Virus record (IMG/VR): IMGVR_UViG_3300034066_001346
Coordinates: 32,798-96,797 of that record
Source of the DNA: a virus
Strand: one strand, 5' to 3'
Length of the DNA: 64,000 nucleotides
Shown here: piece after piece, positions 1 to 8,560 of the stretch
How the letters are laid out: each line of letters begins with the position of its first letter
How positions within the stretch are numbered: position 1 is the first letter of the stretch
Program-made: the position numbers and the translations under genes
Notes under the pieces: model-generated
What the model saw: only the letters and a program-made list of their open reading frames with translations
What the model was told of the DNA's origin: nothing
Databases searched by the model: none

Positions 1-1107
1 CAACTTGTTAAATGCAGCCTTTACAGACTTAAGTGTTGCTGCATTATCTGCAGTCAACTTAGCGATCTGTGCATCTTTAGCAGCAAGTGCTGCATCAGAA
101 GCGACCTTTGCATCAGCAATAGCCTTGGCAGAAGCAGCTTTTTCAGCAGTAAGAGCCGCAGCAGATGCTGCCTTCTCTGTTGCTAGTGCAGCAGCAGCAT
201 CAGCGTTAGCCTTTACAACTGCAGCATCTGAAATTGCCTTTGCAGCAAGTGCTGCATCCTTAGCTGCAGTCTGTGCAGCAAGTTCTGATACTAGATCACG
301 AACTGCGATTTCTGCAAATGGTGCTAGCGTACGAGCAGGAAGACCAACTACATCTGCAGTTGTTGCCTGACCAGCAGTTGTTGGAGCAAACGTAATAAGT
401 GTGCGTGATCCAGTTGTAGGAAGAGTTACTTTAAACTCAGCCACACCAAAGTCAGAGAGTGCGCTACCTAGTAGTGCCGTTGCTGAATCAAGTGTTCCTG
501 TTGCAGCAAATACTGTTGCGGTAATTGTTTTTGTAACACCATCAACTGCAGCACCAGAAACCTTGTTTCCAAATACATCTACAGCAGCAACTGTAATTGT
601 TTGCTTTGTACCTGCAGCACCTGATGCTGGAGCAGTTACTGTTAGGTTGTTGATCTTACCAGCAGTTCCCTGTACATAGTATGTAAGAGTTGTTCCACCG
701 TTGTTGATTACAACTGTGCCAATTGCTGTTGTCTTTGTATAGACATAGAATGTTGCAGTTGTTCCTGTACCAGTTGCAATGCTTAGGCTTGAAGAGCCTG
801 ATGCCGATGTTACTGGTGCAGCGGTTGTGTGTAGTGCAGACACGATTGTTGCGTTTGTTGTTACTACAGAAACGACTGTTCCTGTGTCAACTGTTGCGAC
901 GAACCTAAGTGCGTCAGCAGCGTCAACTGTGTTGTCTGCTGGGACTGGCAATGATGCAGGTGTTGCGATTGCTGAGGCAGTTGTGTTAGCCGTTCCAGCG
1001 AGATCGACAGCGACTGTCATTACAGCAGCACTTGCAGGTGTTGCTACGATTGTGCCCAAAGTCATGGCTGCAACCATGGCTAGTGCGATTTTCTTAAATG
1101 AGTTCAT
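1..1107 (-). CDS. Exported Ala/Thr-rich surface (S-layer-like) protein with C-terminal coiled coil, 3' end outside window
   Basis: Not in the ORF track because it runs off the edge. Hand translation from ATG at 1107 gives MNSFKKIALAMVAAMTLGTIVATPASA|AVMTVAV..., then a beta-rich body (DVFGNKV motif) and ...AAKDAQIAKLTADNAATLKSVKAAFNKL. It is open for 369 codons, has an AAGGAG RBS and a Sec signal peptide ending A-S-A. Confidence 0.85.
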   Translation of the reverse strand, partial: MNSFKKIALAMVAAMTLGTIVATPASAAVMTVAVDLAGTANTTASAIATPASLPVPADNTVDAADALRFVATVDTGTVVSVVTTNATIVSALHTTAAPVTSASGSSSLSIATGTGTTATFYVYTKTTAIGTVVINNGGTTLTYYVQGTAGKINNLTVTAPASGAAGTKQTITVAAVDVFGNKVSGAAVDGVTKTITATVFAATGTLDSATALLGSALSDFGVAEFKVTLPTTGSRTLITFAPTTAGQATTADVVGLPARTLAPFAEIAVRDLVSELAAQTAAKDAALAAKAISDAAVVKANADAAAALATEKAASAAALTAEKAASAKAIADAKVASDAALAAKDAQIAKLTADNAATLKSVKAAFNKL

Positions 1108-1154
1108 TTAATTTATTCTCCTTATTTCCTCTGCCTCTTCATGAGAACAGAAAT

Positions 1155-1325
1155 TTAGTTTTGATCTAATAGTTTTACATGAAAGCTGCATGGATCAAAT
1201 CCAGCTTCCCATTCATCTGCTTCTTCATCTGTCATTGGAGCACCTTCATGTGTATCACAAAAGACATCTGAGATCCATTTTTTTTCATATCCAACTAGAA
1301 GCCATGCTTCAAAGTCTAGATCCAT
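1155..1325 (-). CDS. Small hypothetical protein (56 aa)
   Basis: Hand-translated MDLDFEAWLLVGYEKKWISDVFCDTHEGAPMTDEEADEWEAGFDPCSFHVKLLDQN. Overlaps the thioredoxin stop and fills the gap. Confidence 0.7.
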   Translation of the reverse strand: MDLDFEAWLLVGYEKKWISDVFCDTHEGAPMTDEEADEWEAGFDPCSFHVKLLDQN

Positions 1326-1618
1326 TTGGACAACTCCTCAACAAGTACATGCTTTGGTTTTGCTCCAATTATAGTTTTTACTGGTTTACCGCTTTCAAAT
1401 AATACCATAGTTGGTATTGATGTTACTGAGAATTCGGCAGTTTTTATTGGATTTTCATCAACATTTAACTTTGCAACCCATAAATTATTTTCTGATGATA
1501 TTTCATCTAATATGGGTGAAAGCTTTTTACAGGGACCACACCATTCAGCCCAAAAATCAACCAAAACAATCTTGTGTGAATTTATCGTGTCTTCAAATGT
1601 GGTATCTGTAATGTTCAT
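1316..1618 (-). CDS. trxA: Thioredoxin
   Basis: VDFWAEWCGPC active site and SIPT cis-Pro motif. Confidence 0.95.
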   Translation of the reverse strand: MNITDTTFEDTINSHKIVLVDFWAEWCGPCKKLSPILDEISSENNLWVAKLNVDENPIKTAEFSVTSIPTMVLFESGKPVKTIIGAKPKHVLVEELSKWI

Positions 1619-1824
1619 TAACTATCCTTTAGTTGATCTGCTGCTTCATTAAATTTAAACATAAATGTCTGAATTACCCAAATAGCTGTTTCTCCAGCAT
1701 TTTTAGCCATAGCCTTCGAAGCCTCTTCGGTTCTATCTTCAATAGCAAGACCATTGTACCATTTTTGGTATAGTTCTTCACCAATATCTTTAATGATTCC
1801 TTCTAAAACTGTAGTCTTATCCAT
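1618..1824 (-). CDS. Hypothetical protein
   Basis: ORF coupled to both neighbours by overlapping stop/start. Confidence 0.7.
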   Translation of the reverse strand: MDKTTVLEGIIKDIGEELYQKWYNGLAIEDRTEEASKAMAKNAGETAIWVIQTFMFKFNEAADQLKDS

Positions 1825-2746
1825 TAATTGCCGCCTGCAAGTTAATAATCTTATTCACAGATCCGCTATATGTTTTTGCTACAGATGCAGTTGATTTGAG
1901 CAAAGACAAGTACTGAGTGTATGATAGTCCTGGCTTTGACTGCTTAAGTGCTACCCAGTTGGCTGCCGCAATTTGAGTAGAGATAGAAGTTCCAACTCCA
2001 TATCCTGTCGATCCACCTGGATAAATAACCTTGGCTGATCCTGGTGCAAAGAAACTGAGAAGAGATGTGTCATCATTTGAATAAAATTCAGCCTCAGACT
2101 GTGTGCTTACTGCGCCAACAGATATTGCGTTTGGAACACATGAAGGCCAGTCAACCCTCTTCTTGTCTCCATTATTTCCAGAGGCAAAAAATGGTGCTAT
2201 TCCAGCAGCAACCATGCTAGCCAAAGACTTAGTAACAACAGAATTATTCGGGCAGTAATTTGCTCCAGATAAAAGGTTATGGTGTCCTTGTGCCATGGCA
2301 ACCGCTTGAATATTAAACCTATCCTTATTTTCGATTACCCAATTTAGTGCTGCGGCTATTTCTGATGGACCAGTTGTCTGTCTTTGTCCAAAAATAGAGT
2401 TACCAATAATTCTTACAAAAACGATCTGCATGTTGGGGTTTGCTTCTAAAGCAACAGAAGCCATTTGTGTTCCATGATTAAAGTTTCTGCTACTCATGAT
2501 ATTCATTGGAAGAGATGCAGAGCCTGGGCCCTCCATAAATGCTTTTCCATTAGGACATGTCATCCACTTAATTATACATACTTCGTGTGCAATCTTTCCT
2601 TGAAAAGCTGGAATTGATGAATCAAGTGCCGTATCCAAAATTGCAATTGTTGGAACGGCAGTCGTTGAAGACTTGAGCGCAGCATGTGATGCTGTTGGGA
2701 TAAGCACTATCAATGATGTTAGTGCAATTATTAGTTTTTTGTTCAT
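1817..2746 (-). CDS. Secreted subtilisin-like (S8) serine protease
   Basis: Signal peptide; catalytic motifs AILDT, HGTQMAS and GTS; oxyanion ASGNNG; AISVGA. Confidence 0.9.
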   Translation of the reverse strand: MNKKLIIALTSLIVLIPTASHAALKSSTTAVPTIAILDTALDSSIPAFQGKIAHEVCIIKWMTCPNGKAFMEGPGSASLPMNIMSSRNFNHGTQMASVALEANPNMQIVFVRIIGNSIFGQRQTTGPSEIAAALNWVIENKDRFNIQAVAMAQGHHNLLSGANYCPNNSVVTKSLASMVAAGIAPFFASGNNGDKKRVDWPSCVPNAISVGAVSTQSEAEFYSNDDTSLLSFFAPGSAKVIYPGGSTGYGVGTSISTQIAAANWVALKQSKPGLSYTQYLSLLKSTASVAKTYSGSVNKIINLQAAING

Positions 2747-2752
2747 GGCTTT

Positions 2753-2781
2753 ATTCTACTAAAATGCCACTGGTATGTCAA
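2753..2781 (-). promoter_or_regulatory. Sigma70-type promoter, leaderless, for the S8 protease
   Basis: TTGACA-17 nt-TAGAAT, then 6 nt to ATG; no SD. Confidence 0.7.
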
Positions 2782-2785
2782 TACC

Positions 2786-2947
2786 CTAGTCTACCTTCTT
2801 TTTATACCACTTTCCAGCATCCATATCTGGAACTGTTACCTGATTTTGATTTAATAACATTTCTATTGCTGTAAGTGCATACTCCATTTGGAATTGTGTA
2901 CGCAAAAGCTCCATCTCAAGGAGTCTTAGTCTTTCTGATTTTCTCAT
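2786..2947 (-). CDS. Small hypothetical protein (53 aa)
   Basis: Hand-translated MRKSERLRLLEMELLRTQFQMEY...GKWYKKKVD; TAATG coupling with the upstream gene. Confidence 0.6.
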   Translation of the reverse strand: MRKSERLRLLEMELLRTQFQMEYALTAIEMLLNQNQVTVPDMDAGKWYKKKVD

Positions 2948-3258
2948 TATTCCATATTCTCTCTATCAACTAATGTTGGTGCAGTAGCAATATTACCACA
3001 TGATGCACACAACATATCTAAGAAATAGGTAGCTATCTCATAGTTTTCAAAAACTGTCTTAACGTACCATATATTAGATCCACATACACATATGTGTGTT
3101 GGTGTACCTCGTAAATCTAATGCTGTTGGCTCTGGCTCTTCTTGTGCCAACTCTTCTTTATCAAATATCAAAACTTCATATTTATCTAAAAAGTTTCTAG
3201 CAGCAGATGCCGATACTAAGCTTAGTATTAGAATAGATAATCTATTAAGCATCTTCAT
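2947..3258 (-). CDS. Hypothetical protein, N-terminal hydrophobic segment plus Zn-ribbon
   Basis: CVCG...CASCG motif and hydrophobic N-terminus. Confidence 0.7.
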   Translation of the reverse strand: MKMLNRLSILILSLVSASAARNFLDKYEVLIFDKEELAQEEPEPTALDLRGTPTHICVCGSNIWYVKTVFENYEIATYFLDMLCASCGNIATAPTLVDRENME

Positions 3259-3273
3259 ATAATTAATTATACT

Positions 3274-3828
3274 CTAAACCTGAATATATGTAAAGGGTGG
3301 TGCTACTGACATTGAGAATTCTGACGCCGCTTCTAAAGCTAATTTTAATCTCATCTTGGGATTCTTTTGATTCTTTGTTGCATGAAGGGCTCCAAGGGCA
3401 AACATTCCGCCTGAGCCTTCAGCCATATAATTAACTACATTCTCACCAACATGGAAATCTTCATCTACAACAAAGATTCTTCCCTCTAGGCCTACTATAA
3501 AGATGCCACCAGTATCTTCATCTGTTCCGCCTATATCTCCAAAGCCGTGATCTTTAAATGCCGCTTTAACAGAATCAATAAACTTAGTTCTCATAAACTT
3601 ATCTAAGCCTGAGTTAGTCTTTGTTGGAGTATACTTTGGTGGTGTCCATGAGTATTGAAGGATCTGCCCCATGCGAAAGCTATCAGTAAATGCAATACCG
3701 TACTGTCCAACCTTAAAGCACTTTGGCTCTTTTCTAGACATCACCCATCCACTTTTATCATCAGATGCGGCATGGTCGGAACCCATGTAGACGGTTCCAT
3801 TTTGAGCTATAGCAACAATACAGGTCAT
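3274..3828 (-). CDS. HslV/proteasome-beta-like Ntn protease
   Basis: MTCIVA start (Thr1 nucleophile), GSD, K33-equivalent and GSGGMFALGAL motif. Confidence 0.85.
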   Translation of the reverse strand: MTCIVAIAQNGTVYMGSDHAASDDKSGWVMSRKEPKCFKVGQYGIAFTDSFRMGQILQYSWTPPKYTPTKTNSGLDKFMRTKFIDSVKAAFKDHGFGDIGGTDEDTGGIFIVGLEGRIFVVDEDFHVGENVVNYMAEGSGGMFALGALHATKNQKNPKMRLKLALEAASEFSMSVAPPFTYIQV

Positions 3829-3860
3829 AGCATAAGTATACTATTTATAAATTCGTAGTG

Positions 3861-4169
3861 CTAGTCCTCTTTTAAATGTATCTCAATATGTGATAATTTA
3901 ATTAATGTATTTTCAAGCTCAGCTTTAACCTCAATTAATTCCTGAATAGCCTCATAATATTTATTCTTCCACTCATGAAGGTCTTTTTCTAATTGATATA
4001 ATTTAATCTCTAAATCTTTTAATTCAAGCTTAAGGTCAGACTGAATTTTCTCTTGCCTTCTAAAGACTTCCCTTTTCTTTTCTTTAATAGAATTAAACAG
4101 GGCAGTGCCAAAACCGCTCAAAATTGAGATTAGTATAGTTATTCCTATTTGAAATGCAGATACTTCCAT
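3861..4169 (-). CDS. Membrane-anchored coiled-coil protein
   Basis: N-terminal TM helix followed by a heptad Leu/Glu/Lys pattern. Confidence 0.7.
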   Translation of the reverse strand: MEVSAFQIGITILISILSGFGTALFNSIKEKKREVFRRQEKIQSDLKLELKDLEIKLYQLEKDLHEWKNKYYEAIQELIEVKAELENTLIKLSHIEIHLKED

Positions 4170-4199
4170 TATAATGCAATTATACAGTATAAATGATTA

Positions 4200-4436
4200 T
4201 TAAACTAATAATTCAGAAGCAGATATGTCATTACCAATGTATCTTTTTTTGACTATAAATTCTCTAACATATTCTGATCCAAATTGTCTTCCAGACAAAA
4301 TTACAACCCATCTTGGTTCAAACTTAGATGTTATGCATGTCTCACAAACAAGCAAATTTATAGGCAATAGGCTAGACTTTCTTAAATTCAACTTATTTTT
4401 ATTCTTATTGCATGAATAGCATAAAATTTTTTCCAT
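4200..4436 (-). CDS. Hypothetical Zn-binding protein
   Basis: CYSC...CETC; coupled ORF. Confidence 0.7.
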   Translation of the reverse strand: MEKILCYSCNKNKNKLNLRKSSLLPINLLVCETCITSKFEPRWVVILSGRQFGSEYVREFIVKKRYIGNDISASELLV

Positions 4437-4633
4437 TAATTTTCTTCCTCAATGTGCTCAAAAACTATTTCATCTACGATAACGAAATCTTCGTTCTCTA
4501 AAAGTGCTTCGTGCTCTATTTCATCTTTCTTATACCTGACTATTGAGGCAAATGCACCTAGCTTATCTATAGTGCCAAATACCCCCTCTTCGTTTAGGAA
4601 TACAACAACTACCCTATCATAGTACTCTTTCAC
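4436..4633 (-). CDS. Hypothetical protein
   Basis: Coupled ORF in operon. Confidence 0.65.
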   Translation of the reverse strand: MKEYYDRVVVVFLNEEGVFGTIDKLGAFASIVRYKKDEIEHEALLENEDFVIVDEIVFEHIEEEN

Positions 4634-4934
4634 TTGGTGCCCCCTCTAGCTCGCATCTTACTCCATATGACTCTATCAACCTTTTTACCTTGTTGACATA
4701 ATCAATAACCATTTCTTTCTTAGTACCTTCATACTGTAAAAAATTGTCTTCATAAAGTCTTATTGCTAGAAAATCGGGATACATTACTATGTCCATTAAT
4801 AAATCAAAAACTGGCTTATTGATTTCTCTAACCCTTTGAGCCATTTCTTTTGTATAGAACACTGGCTTATTTGGCTCACCGTTCCACTGATTAATTCCGT
4901 GCTTAAAATGATTTTTGTCTTTATCAATAAACAT
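4617..4934 (-). CDS. Hypothetical protein
   Basis: Coupled ORF directly downstream of whiB. Confidence 0.7.
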   Translation of the reverse strand: MFIDKDKNHFKHGINQWNGEPNKPVFYTKEMAQRVREINKPVFDLLMDIVMYPDFLAIRLYEDNFLQYEGTKKEMVIDYVNKVKRLIESYGVRCELEGAPSERVL

Positions 4935-5235
4935 TTTTTTTCTTCAATCTTTTCCATATTTCTTGATCTTTGTGTGTATTACGAGATCTGTTTATACTTC
5001 CTGCATTTAAATATACCCCGCCCCAAACTCCATACTCTTCATTTTCCACACCTGCGTCGTAACACATTTTAATAACAGGGCAAGACAGGCAGGCCTCATC
5101 TATATTTTTTGCAACATTAACATCTGATTCATACTTATCATAAAATAAATTAGTATCCATGCCTCTGCATATACCTAGATGCCACCACTCAAAATCTTCC
5201 TGATCAACACCTAGGTTATTTAAAATATTTGACAT
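4924..5235 (-). CDS. whiB: WhiB-family Fe-S transcription factor
   Basis: Four Cys (ICRG...CLSCPVIKMC) plus GVWGG turn. Start likely ATG at 5235 rather than 5268. Confidence 0.9.
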   Translation of the reverse strand: MSNILNNLGVDQEDFEWWHLGICRGMDTNLFYDKYESDVNVAKNIDEACLSCPVIKMCYDAGVENEEYGVWGGVYLNAGSINRSRNTHKDQEIWKRLKKKNVY

Positions 5236-5446
5236 ATCGCTTTGGCAGCTTCCATAGACCCTGATCATTGACAGTAATTGTTTCTGCCAAACCCCACTCT
5301 TTTCTAAACATTCCTTTTTTATCTGAATATCCAGAAGAATTTTTGTTCCATATAACTAGGTCATAATTATTCCAAAATGACTCTTGAGTTTTAGTCTTTG
5401 ACTTATTTATAAAAACATCTACACCTAAAGATGTAAGGGTCAGCAT
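5216..5446 (-). CDS. Hypothetical protein
   Basis: ORF with AGGA RBS downstream of a strong promoter. Confidence 0.7.
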   Translation of the reverse strand: MLTLTSLGVDVFINKSKTKTQESFWNNYDLVIWNKNSSGYSDKKGMFRKEWGLAETITVNDQGLWKLPKRYVKYFK

Positions 5447-5518
5447 TTCTTTCCTATCAGTATGTCCGCCTGATTTAATTTTGTGTCATATAAAAGCATA
5501 GCCACACAACACTATATT

Positions 5519-5548
5519 ATTATACAGTAATTTGTGTGGCTATGTCAA
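5519..5548 (-). promoter_or_regulatory. Consensus sigma70 promoter of the whiB operon
   Basis: TTGACA-18 nt-(TG)TATAAT on the minus strand, straddled by a 13-bp inverted repeat. Confidence 0.7.
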
Positions 5549-5549
5549 T

Positions 5550-5693
5550 CTATTTTTGTGCTATTTTAACTATATTAATTTTTTTGATTTCATCATCTAA
5601 ATTAAATATATCATGCACATATTCAGATGCATCCTCCTGGTTAAAGGCTTCTACCTCTATTTCAACATCTAATTTAACTTTATATGTGTTCAT
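5550..5693 (-). CDS. Small hypothetical protein (47 aa)
   Basis: Hand-translated MNTYKVKLDVEIEVEAFNQEDASEYVHDIF...; TGCTATACT lies 6 nt before the ATG. Confidence 0.65.
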   Translation of the reverse strand: MNTYKVKLDVEIEVEAFNQEDASEYVHDIFNLDDEIKKINIVKIAQK

Positions 5694-5711
5694 AGTATTA
5701 GTATAGCATTT

Positions 5712-6032
5712 TTAAGGTTTAGGTGCTCTAGACGACTTTACTTTATCAGACAATTGACGCTCTTCAACTTCGACGTCTGCTACAGTTTTTGCGCCCTTGT
5801 CAACAGTTGAAAATGCTGCATTAATTTCATCTGCTGTTAGCTTGCCATCGTCCATAAATGCACGAGCAAGCTTCTCAACTACAGCTGCAACTGCTGTTAA
5901 TCCAGCAACTGTTATAGCCTTTGCTGTTGAAATTCCAGCAATTGCTCCAGCTCCAATAACGGCAAGTCCGTTAGCAGCAAAAACAGCAACAATTCTCATC
6001 AATATATTTTTAATATTCTTTACGCTATTCAT
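5712..6032 (-). CDS. Small membrane protein (holin-like)
   Basis: Two hydrophobic segments, a DDGKLTADEIN motif and a charged tail. Confidence 0.6.
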   Translation of the reverse strand: MNSVKNIKNILMRIVAVFAANGLAVIGAGAIAGISTAKAITVAGLTAVAAVVEKLARAFMDDGKLTADEINAAFSTVDKGAKTVADVEVEERQLSDKVKSSRAPKP

Positions 6033-6238
6033 TATTTATCCTTTCTTAACGGTATTGTAATTAGCCAAATTACTGTTGTTGCAAGTACTGCAATTCCAAC
6101 AATATCTCTTGCTGATCCCGTCAAAGTTAGCCATGCGATGAAGAAGCCTAGAAGCGTAAAGGCTTGTGCAATTACTTCCACCCCTGCATCTTTTAGCCAT
6201 GTAAAGAATCCCTTTACAACCTTTTTGATTATTTTCAT
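6032..6238 (-). CDS. Two-TM membrane protein
   Basis: Two hydrophobic helices; coupled to both neighbours. Confidence 0.7.
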   Translation of the reverse strand: MKIIKKVVKGFFTWLKDAGVEVIAQAFTLLGFFIAWLTLTGSARDIVGIAVLATTVIWLITIPLRKDK

Positions 6239-6239
6239 A

Positions 6240-8327
6240 TTACCTCCTCATCCCAATCATTACGTTTGCAATCTGTGAAACAATGATTACTGGGATAATG
6301 ACTTCTTGGGCTTTTTCTCTCTGATCATCTGTCATGTCCATACCCAATTCAGAGAAATTGGATAGGAGTTCTGTAACATCCACTTCAAATACTGCTCCAA
6401 GTGGGTCTGCTAAGAATGCTTCTGTTTGCACTTCTGTTACTGCATCTGCTAATGTAAATGGCATTGGGGTTTCTCCTGCATCCCCTGCTCTTTCTGCGAA
6501 CTCAACAAATGCTGATGCAAGTGCTGGGTTAGATTTCATCTGCTCAGCAATCTGTGCAACTTCTGATGCCTTGATACCAAGGTCCCCCGCAATTTCTGCT
6601 TTTGCTTCTTGGGTCAAAGAATTAAGGGTTTGGCTAACTGCTGCTATTTGCTCAGGTGAAAGTGTAACTAACTTGTTATCCTTGCTTGTAAGGTTAGCGA
6701 TAACTCCAGATAAATCTTCTGATGTTCCTGTACCCTTTTCAGGAATAAGTTCAGCCAACTCTTCATCTTCTATTTCAGGATTAGTTGTTGGTTCTGGTTC
6801 AGGAGTTGGTTCTTCTGTAGGTTCTGGAGTTGGTTCTTCAGTTGGATCTACGACTGGCTCATCTGTTGGTTCTGGATCTGGGGTAGGCTCATCAGTTGGC
6901 TCTGGCTTAGGGTCTTCTGTAGGCTCTTCTGTAGGCTCTGGAGATGGCTCTGTGGTAGGTTCTTCAGTAGGTTCTTCTGTTGGCTCAGTTGATGGTTCTG
7001 GAGAAGGCTCTGGGGTAGGCTCAACTGTAACCTCTGGTGTTGGTTCTGGCTGTGGCATGTTTGCAAGGGCAGTAGCAATGGCAGCATTAAGTTCTCTTTG
7101 TGCTTGCTCGTAGTAATATTCCCAAGCATCATTAATAGCATTATTTAAGTCAACGATTGATTGATTATATATTTCTATTCTGCTGTTCTTCAACTCTAAA
7201 GCATCTTCTGTATCTGCAACGGCATCAAGATGTTCCTGTGTCTTAGTTTGCAAGATCTGATTCATTGATGATAGTATTGCATTCTCAGAGTTGTATACGC
7301 TTAGTTTGTCATTGTATACTGCTAACTTATTATTATAATTTGTTTGTGCAGTAGTCCTTGCTGCAAGTGATTCATCATATGCATTTAACTGTGATTGAGT
7401 TGGTCCTGGTCCAGAAGAGAATGTTCCAAGGTTACAACTAAAACCTACTCCCCATCCACCAGTATAGTCACAACCTGCTCCAGTCCAACCTCCAGGAATT
7501 GCCCATCCAAGATGGTAAGAGCCTGGGCCTCCTCCGTTATACCACCATATCTCTACATCTAAAGTCTTGTCTTCACTAACATCATACACTGGAGAGTAAT
7601 CACTCCAGGTAACACCCTGTTCCACCCAGTTATTGACAGCAAGTTGTCCATCAACATACATTCTAAACCCATCATCTGTGGATCCTGCAAAATATGTTTG
7701 TGTCCAGTGGTCTGGAACAGTAATTCTTCCAGTAAACTTAACTATAATGTTTTCATATCTACCACACACTGGAAGGCTCATTGAGTTTGAGTTCCAAGTG
7801 CCAGTACATATAACAGATCCAGGAACTGCCTGGTTTCCATTTCTTAATAGGTTATAAACCGTATAGGCAAGCCCTGATCCTCCAGCACTCTGAATATTTG
7901 ATTGGGTGGTTTGAACATTTATGTTGGCTATGCTGAGAGCATCCTGTGCATCGTTTCTTTCTTCAAGGGCGTTGTCTTTATGTTCAAGGGCCAAGGCTAC
8001 TGTGGCTGTCTGACCATCTAAATTTGATTGGGCAAGATTTATTTCTTCTAAGGCTACAGCCTCTGCTTCTACTGCATCATCATAGGAATCATTGGCATCG
8101 TCTCTAAGTTCTATCGCATTTTTGGCATAGGTAAACTTATTTTCTGCTATGTCTATAAGATCTATAAAGTCATCTTGGTAACCAAGGTCATCTACGCTAT
8201 CGTTAAGTTTCTGTATTTCTTGGGCTGCAACAGTTAGAGGGTCATCGCCATTTGCGGGGGAAATAAAAAGCCAGCTGAATGCAAGAGAGATTGCAGCTGT
8301 TATTCTAAATAATTTATCCTTTTTCAA
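6240..8327 (-). CDS. Exported, membrane-anchored PA14-domain protein with coiled coil and Pro/Glu/Thr linker
   Basis: Signal peptide; PA14 motifs (VKFTGRI, STDDGFRMYVDG, WWYNGGG) inserted in a coiled coil; EPTEEPT repeats; hydrophobic C-terminus ending RR. Confidence 0.85.
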   Translation of the reverse strand: MKKDKLFRITAAISLAFSWLFISPANGDDPLTVAAQEIQKLNDSVDDLGYQDDFIDLIDIAENKFTYAKNAIELRDDANDSYDDAVEAEAVALEEINLAQSNLDGQTATVALALEHKDNALEERNDAQDALSIANINVQTTQSNIQSAGGSGLAYTVYNLLRNGNQAVPGSVICTGTWNSNSMSLPVCGRYENIIVKFTGRITVPDHWTQTYFAGSTDDGFRMYVDGQLAVNNWVEQGVTWSDYSPVYDVSEDKTLDVEIWWYNGGGPGSYHLGWAIPGGWTGAGCDYTGGWGVGFSCNLGTFSSGPGPTQSQLNAYDESLAARTTAQTNYNNKLAVYNDKLSVYNSENAILSSMNQILQTKTQEHLDAVADTEDALELKNSRIEIYNQSIVDLNNAINDAWEYYYEQAQRELNAAIATALANMPQPEPTPEVTVEPTPEPSPEPSTEPTEEPTEEPTTEPSPEPTEEPTEDPKPEPTDEPTPDPEPTDEPVVDPTEEPTPEPTEEPTPEPEPTTNPEIEDEELAELIPEKGTGTSEDLSGVIANLTSKDNKLVTLSPEQIAAVSQTLNSLTQEAKAEIAGDLGIKASEVAQIAEQMKSNPALASAFVEFAERAGDAGETPMPFTLADAVTEVQTEAFLADPLGAVFEVDVTELLSNFSELGMDMTDDQREKAQEVIIPVIIVSQIANVMIGMRR
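6780..7055 (-). repeat. Low-complexity (E/D)EPT/PEP coding repeats
   Basis: Imperfect 12-nt repeats such as ggttcttctgta encoding about 90 aa of P/E/T. Confidence 0.85.
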
Positions 8328-8371
8328 TTATAACCCCTACATAACAAATTTTGTTATGTAGTAATTATACC

Positions 8372-8560
8372 CTATTTAGGATTATCAGTTTTATAAAATC
8401 CAGTACCTTTAAATTGTATACCGAATGGACTGAAATGTCTTACCATTTCCGATTCACACTCAATACATGTATATCCTGGATCACTATCAGTTATAGAGCG
8501 ATTAACTGACATTATTGCATGTGCATCATCTTCTGTGCATTTGTATTCGTATACTGGCAT
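8372..8560 (-). CDS. FmdB-family Zn-ribbon protein
   Basis: MPVYEYKC...H...CIEC...FKGTGFYKTD signature. Confidence 0.85.
   Translation of the reverse strand: MPVYEYKCTEDDAHAIMSVNRSITDSDPGYTCIECESEMVRHFSPFGIQFKGTGFYKTDNPK

Noticed and set aside
5-1111. Plus-strand Ala-rich ORFs (5..370, 401..679, 779..1111) and the other plus-strand ORFs across the window, e.g. 6334..7113
   Set aside because: They are antisense shadows of biased-codon minus-strand genes, with no RBS or recognisable motifs.
6780-7055. Short periodic repeats as a CRISPR array or origin iterons
   Set aside because: They are degenerate 12-nt codon-level repeats encoding a P/E/T linker, with no unique spacers.
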